NCBI RefSeq assembly: GCF_009914755.1
Contig: NC_060945.1
Origin: the human T2T-CHM13v2.0 reference genome, Homo sapiens
Length of the DNA: 64,000 nucleotides
Reading direction: 5' to 3' (one strand)
Shown here one piece after another: positions 42,800-60,884 of this stretch. The notes below the pieces were generated by a model, which worked only from the letters and a program-made list of their open reading frames with translations, searched no databases and had not been told where the DNA came from. The position numbers and the translations under genes are program-made. Positions within the stretch are counted from its first letter, which is position 1; each line of letters opens with the position of its first letter.

Positions 42800-43549
42800 C
42801 AGGTGGACCATAGTGGTATTTTGCATCTATAGGATTTTATTTAAGCTAAGAGCCAGTATGTAGTATATTAGCATGTTTAGTTCAATGAGTTCATGCTCTC
42901 AAATCACAGTATATCAATAATTTGTGTGTCAACACACACATGCATAATTTATAAAAATGAATTAGAATATAATGAGCACTTTGAAATGCACACTCCATTT
43001 CATTTTTAAATAATATTTCCTTAGAACTTCTTTTTTAATTTTGTACCTCAGATTTTTCTAATTGAAAGATTTTAACCATGTTATTTCTCATACATTTGAC
43101 CAAGAAGAGATTGTTTAAAATAGTATCTTAAACTAATAGTTATTGGGACAATTTAAATAACTTATTGGGTGCTTATGTTATACATTTCTGCCAAAAACAG
43201 TATTAATCGTGCGCTTAATTTATTCCAGAACTTTCACTAATGTGGAAGTTGATAATAGTGCACCAAGCAAATGAGCTTCTTTCTCTTACTGCAGGTAAGT
43301 GCTATTAATAATATAAGCCTGGGATGAGTAAGTAGCTTTCAGCAAAATGTAAATTAATCATTGCTTCTTTCACTTGAAAAGACTTACTATTAAAAAGCAA
43401 CATAATCAGAAATAAGCAGTGTACTTATTCTCCTAATCTCAATGAGAACCACACTTTGATTAGCAGTAGCCTAGTTTATATACAATAGAAACTAGCAGTA
43501 CTCTCACTACTGGTGTCAAAATTATAGTATGCGATGTAATTACAATGTG

Positions 43550-43820
43550 TGGGTTCCTCTGGCCCCAAGGACTTTGCTAGTGTTGTTTATTCTGCCTGTT
43601 TGTAACGTCTTTCCAATTCCATAGTTTAGTTAACTCTACTCATCTTTTGAGACCCAGTTTCTCAAAGGTCCCTCTTACAACTTCAGAGACAAGATCATTC
43701 CCTTGTAATTTTGTAAGATCTCTTATCCCTCAGTAGTTTTCTTTACAATCATTTATCAAAGCTTATGCATTACTTATGTAATTATGTAATTGATGTATTT
43801 ATTGCTATTATCCTCAAACG
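43550..43820 (+). mobile_element. L2 fragment
   Basis: cccaaggactttgc...tctgcctg...taactctactcatcttttgagacccag. Confidence 0.65.
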
Positions 43821-43827
43821 TTCCAAG

Positions 43828-44150
43828 AATAATAGCTAATATTTATTGAACAACAATACCATGTCAAACACTGGGATCAAATAGTTTACTTGTGCATATC
43901 CCTGTCATTCTCTGTGTATGTATTTGTGTGTGTGTGTGTATTAATTTATGTATGCACATGTACATACATGTACTTATAGATACCTATGTCTGTATACATG
44001 AATATCCCATATACATGTGTATGTATATACACATATACATAATCTCATTTAATGCAATAACATAATGTTAATGAATTTGTAAACCTAGAGTTAATACATA
44101 TTAACTCCAAAAACCACCAATCTATATGTCTGACCATTTATTCTCCTCCC
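43828..44150 (-). mobile_element. MIR interrupted by a (TG/TA/CA) low-complexity tract (about 43914-44040)
   Basis: aataatagctaatatttattgaac...aatctcatttaat. Confidence 0.7.
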
Positions 44151-44249
44151 TTTGCAAATGAATGTCCCTTGGAATGGCTATTAATGGGTTCAGGGGAAGA
44201 GAATGAGATCTGTCACTTAGGACCTCGTAGTACTGCAAGTATACACCTA

Positions 44250-46500
<2,251 letters not shown>

Positions 46501-47454
46501 TAATTAGGTGAGGTTAAGCCCATTTATAGGTGTGATAGCCCCAGTTTCAGGCAGGTGCTGGAAACTGAACTAGTGAACACAGTTAACTAGTTTCAGACAC
46601 TGCTTGCTAGTGAGCAGAGATATCTGTATGTGGCCAGGATTATTTTTTATATGCTGGAGGTTTCATAGGAATACATTGGTAGACTGCGGTTCTTGATAAA
46701 TGGCACTAACAAGCAGAAACTGATAATTCTGGAAAACAGAATACATACATACTAAGAATGAGTCAATATTTGCATACGTTCTTTTATAATCACAAAATTT
46801 TGCTGTCTACCTAAACTTCATGGGTTAATCTACACAGACTCATATTTTCTTTTTTTTTTAGCTCATAAGTCATTGATACATCAACACAGAAGTTAAATAT
46901 TGAGAGAAAAGTTCTAGGACAACTTGAATTCATAAATAGTGCAATCCGGAAAACATAAAATCCAAATATTAAACCATGAAATAAAGTCAAAGAGCAAAAT
47001 AATTACTTACATAATAGGCAAGATGGATTCAAAATTCACAGCAATTTAGAAAGGTTTTGGATGCATCATTTATTTGTGATTCCTTCTCAGCTTTAGTGTG
47101 CTCAAAACATACTGGAAAACCTTACATAAATAGTAGCAGTTATGATCCCCACAGTCCTTGTTCTGCTGAAGTCGGGATCTTATGAAAGTATTAACTTGGA
47201 AGGAACAAATAATTATTTTCCATTATTTTATGGTAATAACAATGAAACTTTCACTTATAATCTTAAATTTGACTAGACTTTAAGGTACTCATCTTTTTAC
47301 TGTTAATGTAATGAATGTTAAATACACAGTAAAAACTGTGTACATTTTAATTTGCCTAACGAAAATTTGTTTTTTAACCTATGTGGAAAAATATACTGTA
47401 AATTTCTTAGCAGAATATACATATCTAATTTTAGCTACATGAGATATTTCATCA

Positions 47455-47877
<423 letters not shown>

Positions 47878-48984
47878 AAAAATATTGAACTTTACCACTA
47901 ACATATGTTTACTTGTACATGTCATTTCTCAACACTATTTTAACAATATAAAAAAGACACAAATATTAAAGTTTAAAAATACTGAGATAAATGTACAATT
48001 TTAAATGTTTTATTTTCACAAATAAAATATCATGTATTCAAATTCATCTTTAAAACACTTAGTTTAAGATGATAATATAATTATTTGTGAACACGATTTT
48101 CATTTCAGTGGATTTCAAAATTTTGTTCTGATTACAATTAAAAAATATATTCCAAGGACATTTGAATATAAATCAAACAAAAGCCTCTTTGGTGGTGCTT
48201 GCTTAAATGGTCTCATTCATTCTCCATTTTCAACTTCGAGCTATGAAAACAATTTTAAAATCGAAGTTCGTACATTTCCATTTCTCCAGTGTCAACTAGT
48301 CAAATATTACTCAAAGTCTTATTTCATATATTTTATTTATCAAATTAGAAAGTGCTATTTTACAATATTGTAAATGTTGAGACATGAATAAATTTATAGT
48401 TGACTGACTTTCTAAGTTTTACAGTTTTCTTTTTGTGGTCAGCCAGTAAATGTCTGTGTATTTTAAGTTAATTTAATCTAAATGTCCATGTTATTATTTA
48501 GTCATTAAAATAGTCTACTATTTAAATATTTTTGAAACAAAACCACAATTTTTATGTCTTTTTTTTTAAACATACAAAAAAGAGCAATGACTTATAGTAG
48601 TCTGAAAGTAATGCGTTTCAGACACCTGATAGGGAGTGAATCTTGTTTTCCTAACTGCAGCTCTTTCATTTTACCCTTCGATAACTCCTTAACATCTAAC
48701 ACGTGATAACCTAAAGTACAAATAGTGAGTGTGACAGTGTCAATTCATGCTCTGAATATTAATGATACTTAATATTGTTTTAAAAACAGCTTAAAAATTG
48801 TAAATTCTAATATTTCCTTCAAAAAACCAGCAAAAATTGTTGGGAAGAATGTTTCCCAGTAGTAAACACTGGATACTTCTAGGTAATATTTTGTTGGTTG
48901 GTTTGCTCTTTCTTTTATTGTAGAGTTATTGCCTAACATTTTAGGACTAGTATAATGCTTTTGTAATTAAAAATATGCAATCTC

Positions 48985-49340
<356 letters not shown>

Positions 49341-50111
49341 TTATTATGAGAATATTGTTGAAAGATTCAGTACTTTCAATAGATTTTAAAACACTTTAAT
49401 TTCATTTCATTTAAATCTCACTCTGCAAAATAAGGTAAACTATTATATTTATTTAAAAATAATATGATTAGAAAAAAACACTGAACTGCAAAGGATTATT
49501 ATTGCTGGAGGTTTTTTATATATTATTCCTTGTTACAAATACATGGAAAAGTCATTGGTACTGACAGGACTAAGATTGAAAAACCAAGTCCCCACTGAGT
49601 TGGCTTTTACAGAATGTAACTGGCGAGAGTCTGTTGAAAGTCACCTTCCTTGATTCCCTACCTTTATTTCCAAGTGGTGAAAATCATTTTAAATAGGCTC
49701 CAAACACATTGATGAGTGAATCAATCATCTATAACAAAGGCATGTGAAGTATATTTAAGGAACTATATATACACAAGCAGTAAACATGAATGTACAAAGG
49801 GCAACATGAACATTGTAAAACAGCCAATTATTAAATTATTATGTAAACTGTTTTCAACAAAACAATAAATACCAAGTTTTGCAAAGTAAAGACGCCATTA
49901 TTTCTATTTCAAAAAACCTAATATCTGAATCTGAAATATAGTAAAATACCTCCGATTTCTGGCTTACTATATCACATTTTTTCCCCAAATTTATGTGTTA
50001 TATTTCTGTAAAGTAGTAAGAGCTGTGAGACCATTAGAGAATTAAATAAATTCACAAACTAACTTCAATGGACTGATACTTTATTAGGGAAATGGCTTGA
50101 CTCTTAACTCA

Positions 50112-50290
50112 GGGACAATATTGCCCAAAATGTATTCAGTAAATTGATGGCATCAGAATTTAGGAACATAAATTAACTTACCAATTTTTGTATCTTCTCT
50201 CAGACCTAATGAATTGGGATTTCAGAGGGTTTGAGGCCTAGAAATCTGGATTTTTAATAAATTCCTTAGGTGATTCTAATGATAACCTTA
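50112..50290. mobile_element. MER5A-type hAT-Charlie fragment
   Basis: gcatcagaatt; ctcagacctaatgaatt; ggcctagaaatctggatttttaataaattccttaggtgattctaatg. Confidence 0.65.
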
Positions 50291-50913
50291 ACTGAGTTGT
50301 GATTTTGAGTTTTGTTGAATCATTGCACCTCTTATCACCATATTTTAACTAATCTCATCTTCAGAATTAAGAAGATAGTCTATTTACATTTCCTGGTGGT
50401 CAAGAATTTGGTACCGTATTAAAGTATCTTTTTGTTAATTAGAGTACTTGTAGGATTTAATTAGCTGACATTTCATTTAAAGTAGCACTTTCCCCAATTG
50501 TTTGCTACTGTAGTTTTTATCAGAAACTTTGTAATTTAAAGTATATTTAGAAGGAAAATTAAAAGAAATGCTATGTTTAGATATAAGCAATTTATAATAT
50601 CCATTTAATGGCACAAATGTCTTCAAATTTGCAACTGCCTGCAAGTTAGCAGACTAGGTAATCTCCAGTTGCCACTGAATTCAATGCGTTTTTTTACCTG
50701 TCACCAAATTAACAATCTTAAATCCTTAATTTCATCCTTTCCTCCCAGAAACTTGAATAATATTCCATCCTTCTAATTCTCTATTTCAAGATCTTCCATA
50801 TTCAGGATTCATTTACCCAAAGTTAACCTCATTATTCACAGTATAAATCACCTTATGTAAGCAAGGTAGTCTGTTTCATTATTTTGGCACGCACCTTCTC
50901 AAATTTAAAATAT

Positions 50914-50967
50914 TTCCTTTGTTTTCTATCTTGGTTAAATGTTCCTTTGTTTTCTACCTTGGTTAAA
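50914..50967 (+). repeat. 28-bp-period tandem duplication (2 copies, 1 mismatch)
   Basis: ttcctttgttttcta(t/c)cttggttaaa twice. Confidence 0.9.
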
Positions 50968-51082
50968 ATTGTAATTAAATTGAAAATAATAGTTCTCCCA
51001 TTTGCCTTTTAATTATTTTTTTAAAAATCCAGCTTGCCTTTATTTATATATCCACTTCATTATTTACTCATAATGACATTCT

Positions 51083-51126
51083 ATTTTATTTTATTTTAGA
51101 CAAGGTCTTGCTCTCTTGCCCAGGCT
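51083..51126 (-). mobile_element. Very short Alu 3' fragment (J-like)
   Basis: attttattttattttagacaaggtcttgctctcttgcccaggct. Confidence 0.75.
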
Positions 51127-51947
51127 AAAAAAATGGTATTATGCAACAGCATTTTTTAGAAAGAAATTAAGGACTCCAGGCTTGCTAAAAATTAAAATTA
51201 TTATATTTAAGGTGGATATTATCTCATGGGATGCACTTTCTATTTTGGGTCTGAATCATATCTTATTTAACATATGTTCAGTAGTTCTATCACATCGTTT
51301 AGAAAATAAAACAAGTCAAAGAAATATATTGCCTAACACTGTTTTAAATGATAACAAACGAACAAAACCCACGGAGCTCTGACCCTATTTAAAAAAAAAA
51401 CAAAAAAACCCAAAAAACAAAACACAAAGCTTGTCCACTTTGAAAATATGGATATAGCTTTTCATGTCACATTATTCTTAGTATGTCTAATAGGTCTACT
51501 TTAAAAGCAATACATTATTTTATTAAAATAAATAAAACAAAACAATTATTAATAATTAATTTTAATAATAATCAATAATAAAATAAAATAAATATCTTTT
51601 CTAAGTACTCATATAGTCTGATATATGAGTTTTATAATTCATGCTTATAAGTAAACATTTATCATCAGAAAAAATATTTATCAGAATTGCAACAAATTAT
51701 TTTTGGAATAAAGTATATGAAGCAGTGACATTTTGCTCCATTATCAGTAAAATTATCATAAAGGATAAGGCAGTTATTAGGAATTGAAAACTATGTAGGA
51801 TTTGTAAAAAGAAGAGGGATAGCACCACATACTAAAGACTCAGTGAAACAAAACTACAGAAAAGTTTGGAACTTTCTGGGATACCAAAAAATTTTGGGAG
51901 GGTAAAATCTGATAAGAAAGCAGAATTATGAGAGATAAAGCGAGGCC

Positions 51948-52723
51948 ACTTATTTGTTCAGTAATCCTTTCCTTTATTCTAAAATCATAATTTAGTACTT
52001 TCTAGGTGCCAAGTTGTTTGGTAGGAATTAAGAATGAACAATCAAGCCACCTGGTCCCGGGTTTTCTTTGTTAGAAAGTTTTCTTATTTATTTTATGATT
52101 ATCATTTATTTCTGATTAAAATACCTTACTAGTTAGGAGTTGGTTCAGGTTTTCTATTTCTTCATGAGATAGAAGTCATATATTTTCTATTTTTAGGAAT
52201 TTATCCGTTTCTTCTAGGTTCTCTTTATCCAATTTGTTGGTGTGCAATTATCTACAGCAGTGTCTTATGGTGCTTGTTATCTCCGTGGCATGAGTTGTAA
52301 CGTCTCCTCTTTCATTTCTGATTTTGTTTCTTTGAATCTTCTCTTTTCTCGTAGTCTAGACAACAGCACTGTATTGTATATTTAAAAATGTGTTAAGGGA
52401 GTTCACCTTATGTTAAATGTTCTTACCACAATTAATAAATTTTAAATGAAACATACAAATTTAAAAACGAAGAAAGCACAGGTGAACCTAGCAACTAATC
52501 AAATCTATATTTGTAGCAGTGATAAAATGATCAAAGTAATGACTGCAGACAAAAGTTGCAAAGTATGAATTAACTAGGCTTAGTGATTGATTGAGGCAGT
52601 GGCTAGAGGTGCCATATGCTTGGTGTATACAAGGAACATTGTGAAGGCTGGATTGCTTGGAGCCAAGAAAGCAAAGCAAGGGCAGTGGGAGATGATATCA
52701 AAGAGGGTCACTGACAGAATCTA
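51948..52723 (-). mobile_element. L2 3' region interrupted by an L1 insert
   Basis: atttagtactttctaggtgccaag; aaggaacattgtgaaggctggattgcttggagc...gggagatgatatcaaagagg. Confidence 0.65.
52044..52445 (+). mobile_element. L1MB-like insert: antisense ORF2 piece (52044-52360) joined to a sense 3' terminus (52361-52445)
   Basis: aagccacctggtcccgggttttctttg...tagtctaga (antisense ORF2), then ctgtattgtatatttaaaaatgtgttaagg...tgttcttaccacaat. Confidence 0.8.
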
Positions 52724-52927
52724 TATTATATTATAAGCTATATTATATTAATTATGTAATATGTTATTTTCATTTCTAGATTATTTAATGTTTTATTATA
52801 ATTTAATAATATATTATTTTCATTTCTAGATCATACAAATGCAATGTTTATTTAAAAAATAAACAAAAATAAAACCAACTTAGAAAATATATCATAAAAA
52901 ATTAAAATATCTACATTATTATTATAT

Positions 52928-55980
<3,053 letters not shown>

Positions 55981-57517
55981 GTTTCAGACAATATTATTTG
56001 GGGCATGTGTGTAAGTGCATATGTCTGAATGTGTTTTAATATGAAAAGATATATTAGAATCTATCTCTTTCACCATGACTTTCTTTTTGTCTCTGGATTA
56101 TTTTTACAAACTAAATATTCCCTTGTCTCTTAGGGCTTACAGTATGATCTATGATATTCAGTACCCTGGAGAGCAGCACAATATTTCATTGCCCTGTGGG
56201 GTAACATCAAAGAGAATAGAGAAATGCAATGAAAAATAACGTATAACAAATCTAATACTATCTATGCTTCACCTGATTCTATAACTACAGAAATATGGGA
56301 GTTCAATTTATAAACTGCAAATGCAGTTTAATAAATTGTCCTTTAACCTTATAATTTTCCATATTGGTTGATTTCAGTCTCTTTAGTTGCATTCAATCTC
56401 TTTGCAAATATCCATCTTTTCAGTTTAAATGTCTTTTGTCTGAGGAATCCAAGTAATGATTATAAACTGTTTTTTTTTTTTCATAAAAGAGGCGATAGAA
56501 AAGCTCTCGTTATACATTAAACTCTTCAATTTTCACTCAGTCATACTGTAGGGAAAACACTGAGGGCAGTGAATCTGAGTTTATCCAAAGGAAAAGTGAT
56601 TTTTTTGTCTGAAATGTTCTTACAATGACAAAATTTATATCATTATAGAAAGTGTTCTTCTGTCCTTTTGAAGTTGGCAGCATTTCAAGTTCACATTATA
56701 AAACAAGGACTTCAGAAGAAAGGAAGACTTTAGGTGGTGAAAACTCACACAACATGAAAACACTAAATTATTTCAAGGCTGTGTATCTGTAACTCTAAAT
56801 TAGTACTGTTAAGTTACCACTTGTGGAAACTGTTTGAATATTACTAAAGAGTCAGCACAGTAGTAGTTGTTTTGATGACAACATATTTAGAAATATGTAA
56901 AATATTCAAGTCATCATCAACAACTTCTTAATGAAGTATCTATAAAAAGCCATGTGTGTTAGTAATAAATGATGATCAGTGAGAATATAATACTCATGAA
57001 TTGCTTGACAAAGAAGCACAGAAAAGAGCTATAGACTAGTCTGAGCAGAAATTATGGAAGAAGAGATTTCAGTTTTTATGGCCCATTTTGAAGCTTCTAC
57101 AGTGGGTTTAAACATTCTCTTGGTATGGAACTATTTTAAGAAGATTTGAAAGTGTGATGTTTTATTATATTTATCCAAAGTGGATTCAAGACCATTTATA
57201 AAAAATGGTCTTGTTGTCTTCTGAGCTATTTCCAAAGGGATGCAGTTTTTAAAAGACTAAGCAGGTTGGAGTTGTAAATGAAGTGCTTGGTGAAAGATCA
57301 TTATTAACCTTGCCTTTGAAATTGATGGAGAAGTGATGCTTGAGCCTTAATCACTGAGCTAATAATTCACCTTTAATCAAAATCAGTGCTTAATATTTTG
57401 TATAACTGTGATCACTGAGGTTATTTTCATTGAACTGCTACCATTCCACACTTTCCTGCACTAAATTTCTGTGCCAAAGAACTTCTGTGGATCTTAATTT
57501 AAGAAACAGGTTTTACA

Positions 57518-57818
57518 GGCTGGGCACAGTGGCTCATGCCTGTAATCCCAGCATTTTGGGAGGCCGAGGTGGGTGGATCACGAGGTCAGGAGTTCAAGAC
57601 CAGCCTGGCCAAATGGTGAAACCCTGTCTGTACTAAAAATACAAAAAAATAGCCAGATGTGGTGGCACGTGCCTGTTATCTCAGCTAATCAGGAGGCTGA
57701 AGCAGAGAATTGCTTAAACCTGGGGAGTGGAGGTTGCAGTGAGCCGAGATTGTGCCCTTGCACTCCAGCCTGGGCAACAGAGTGAGACTCCATCTAAAAA
57801 AGAAAAGAAAAGAAAAGA
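57518..57818 (+). mobile_element. AluSg-type with (GAAAA)n tail
   Basis: gatcacgaggtcaggagttc; TSD aagaaacag(g/t)ttttaca. Confidence 0.95.
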
Positions 57819-59587
57819 AAGAAACAGTTTTTACAGTGTCTACTTTTCTCTATTGATTTTGTTCTTTTTTGTTTACCTGCTTAGTACTCAGTGTCTTTCT
57901 AGTTTATGTATATTGTGCTATGCTTATCCCCAAGTTGCTGGAATATTGGATATTGTCCTTCAGTGGCAGCCTGTCGATGGATTCCTGTTGTTCGTAAATA
58001 AGACTCATAACCCTCAATGCCATTCTGCGTAGATATCAGAATATGGGCTTCAGCATGTATCCCCGAATGTTGTTTCCTGCCTACATGTTGGTATCTGTTG
58101 CTAAATCATCTCAGGCCTCAGAGGTTCCTCTTTCTGGCAGTGATAAGAACAATGATGCAAGCTTCAGACTGTTAGTATTCTTTATTTGGTTTCCAGCTAG
58201 ATGCGGTCAACTGCCTCTTGTAGTTGATAAAGCTCTCCTCATTGCCTCTCATGCCTCATTTTGGTACCTATTTTAGCTGAGGTAACCTGCAGTATCTAGT
58301 TGCTTAATTTATAAAAAAAGAATGTTTTTATTAAAAAAAGGATCCAGTAATATAATGTGATGTTTTAGAGCAATGCAAGATCACTTGATTTTAAAAGTAT
58401 CTAGAGATTAATGAATAAATAAGTTAATAATTGAATGTCATATTATTGCCATAAAATATTTAATGAAAACATGTGAAGTCTCATTAAATATATTTAGCAT
58501 TTCAGAATTCTCATATTTGCAATATATACAAATATGATTTTACTTATTTGAAAGAGCAGAGAACAATTCTTTGACAGGTTCTTAGCTTAGCTTTCCAAAA
58601 CTATGGATGTGGTCATGCACAAAAGACCACATCCATACAGACACACACATTTCTGTGTTCATACTCAAAGTAATATATTCCTCTCTATATAGACATATAT
58701 ACACTTTTATACACATACACAAATATATCCTCTCATTAAATCTCTGGAAATAAAATTATTTATATCATATTAGATATAAAATACTGATTTTAGGTAACAT
58801 TTGATGTTCATGAGGAATAACCAAAATAAAGTGACCTATAAAAGTTCCCTAATATTAAGAGAAAATCTATATGCATTAATTTATTGTTTCTTTCAAAAAC
58901 ATATTTAAATAAATTCATGGAGATCATCATGACATTCTTCTGTACAAATCGGATACTGACAAACAATATCAATTTTATTGATACCAGGAGATAACTTTCT
59001 GTACAAAGGTTGAGGGTGAGGGGGAGAGACCAGTCTTCCATCTCCTCAAGTCCTCCATAAGACACCACTGCTGCAGCTAACACTACTTTCATTGTGAAGA
59101 CATGGAAGTCCTAGAAACTCCACTTCACATTCTTAGGAGGTATCGATATCCGTTTGGCCTTTCAAACTGTTCAATCTATAGCCCTTTGTGTGTCAGCCCA
59201 CCAGGTAGAGGTTAGCCCTACTATAATCTCTATAAGAATGAATAAACCTAAGGACATTTCGCCAGGCCTACCTTCGTACTAACAGATTTCAGCAGCAGGT
59301 ATCCCTGAGTTATAGTTTTACATATGGTATAGCTTAGAAATATATACAGGTATATAAACAACCACACAAAAGCAAATTAGAAAAGTTACCTCTTCAGCCT
59401 TAAAATGGTGTATTTGTGAAAGTAAACTTCTTGGTAAATGGAATAAATGAGCTTTAATATATACGATCTGTAAATTCAGGAGATACTATAAAATGACTTT
59501 AAAATCAGCATTTAATCTGTTATTTGAAAAGTATTTTTCCAGATTTATTGTTTACAAATAACCTAAGAAGAATGTGTTTATGATAAA

Positions 59588-60062
59588 CATTGGTTTCCTT
59601 TTGTTGCTATAATACGTGCTCACAAATTTAGTAACATACATCAATTAACAATTTATTATCTTAAAGTGCTGGAGGTCAAAAGTCCAAAATTACCGGGCTA
59701 ACTTCAAGATGCCGGCGGGGCTGTTTGCTTCTGAAGGTGCTGAGGAGACAGTACGTTTCCAAGCTTTTTCAGCTTCTAGTGGCATCTGCAGTGTTTGGTT
59801 TGTCAACCCTCCATGAAAGGGCATCACTTCAATCTTGGCTTCAGTCATCACATCACCTTCCCCACTGATTCCTCATGTGCCCCTCTTATAAGTACCATTG
59901 TGATGCTTGGGACCAATGTTGATAATTCACAAAAATCTTCCAATCTTGAGATCCTTAACTCAATCCTATATGTAAACTTCCTTTTGCCACAGAAGGTAAC
60001 ATTCACAGGGTTTGGTAATTAAGACATGGACATATTTGGAAGGCATTAATCTGCTTACCACT
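59588..60062 (-). mobile_element. MLT1C/D solo LTR
   Basis: tttattatctta...ggaggtcaaaagtccaaaat; cagcttctagtggc; cttttgccacagaaggtaacattcacagg...gacatggacatatttgg. Confidence 0.88.
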
Positions 60063-60884
60063 TGGTGGCCGTATAATATATACATTTATAAAACATATGA
60101 AAATCAATTTTTTTGTAAATGTATGAATTTGTTTCCACACCCTTTATCTTATTTCATTGGTAGATGTGTCTGCTTATACATAATTTGTACACTTCTGTAT
60201 AAATTACATTTATGTATCAATGTACATTTATGTATAAATTATGCATACGTTTATTTATACATATACATTTATTTATACAACCATTATGTAAGTAATTATA
60301 ATTACATGAAATGACAAACTGAACATAAGTAAAAATAAAATAATTTGAATAAAATGCACATAATATTAATATCTGAGGAAACAAATATATAATTTTTAGA
60401 TTATCAATGTTAACCTAGTAAAATCTTAAAAGTGTGATTCTGTCTTACATCAAAATGATAAAAATGAGAAATTATGGTATAATATGGATAATTTAAATGA
60501 TACCAGTATCAGGTAATTACTTCCTGATTATTACATATATTAATATAACTAAAAAGCAGACTCATGTACACATATTTTCTAAATGTAAGCTATGCAATAA
60601 ACCTATTAGACAGATATTTTCCAGTGATTAAACTAAGGTTTCAAAACTTTGAAAATATAATAATAGAAATAATTATTAATCTAATGCTAGAATTTACATC
60701 CCTTTGTTGCCAATACTACATCTGATGTGAGATAGTCCCGCAACCCTTGATATTAAACTTAGCAACTAGGACTTCGATATACAGTTTAGCTTCTTATTAG
60801 ATAATTTTGAAAAAATGGGACTGGAAAGAGAATGAGATGAAGATAAGGTAAATCTCGACAGCTTTATTAGAAATTGATTTTCTA

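Larger units (their letters stand above)
40550..42860 (-). mobile_element. ERVL internal protease-RT-RNaseH fragment, decayed, interrupted by two Alus and (GT)23
   Basis: Minus strand actggctcttagctt..caccactatggtccacc-like protease; gctgttgatctggagaatgctttt (AVDLENAF, RT); tttacagatagttctgca..ccagaaagtggacaattgc (RNase H). Confidence 0.8.

Noticed and set aside
46566-46596. Short imperfect inverted repeat ctgaactagtgaac...gttaactagtttcag
   Set aside because: Short and mismatched; compatible with chance.
52757-52831. 25-bp direct repeat with a 50-bp period
   Set aside because: Ordinary slippage duplication in TA-rich sequence.
57840-59320. Unassigned complex stretches (57840-58280, 58985-59320)
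   Set aside because: Probably decayed LTR or internal repeats; no family or function can be supported without a Dfam search.
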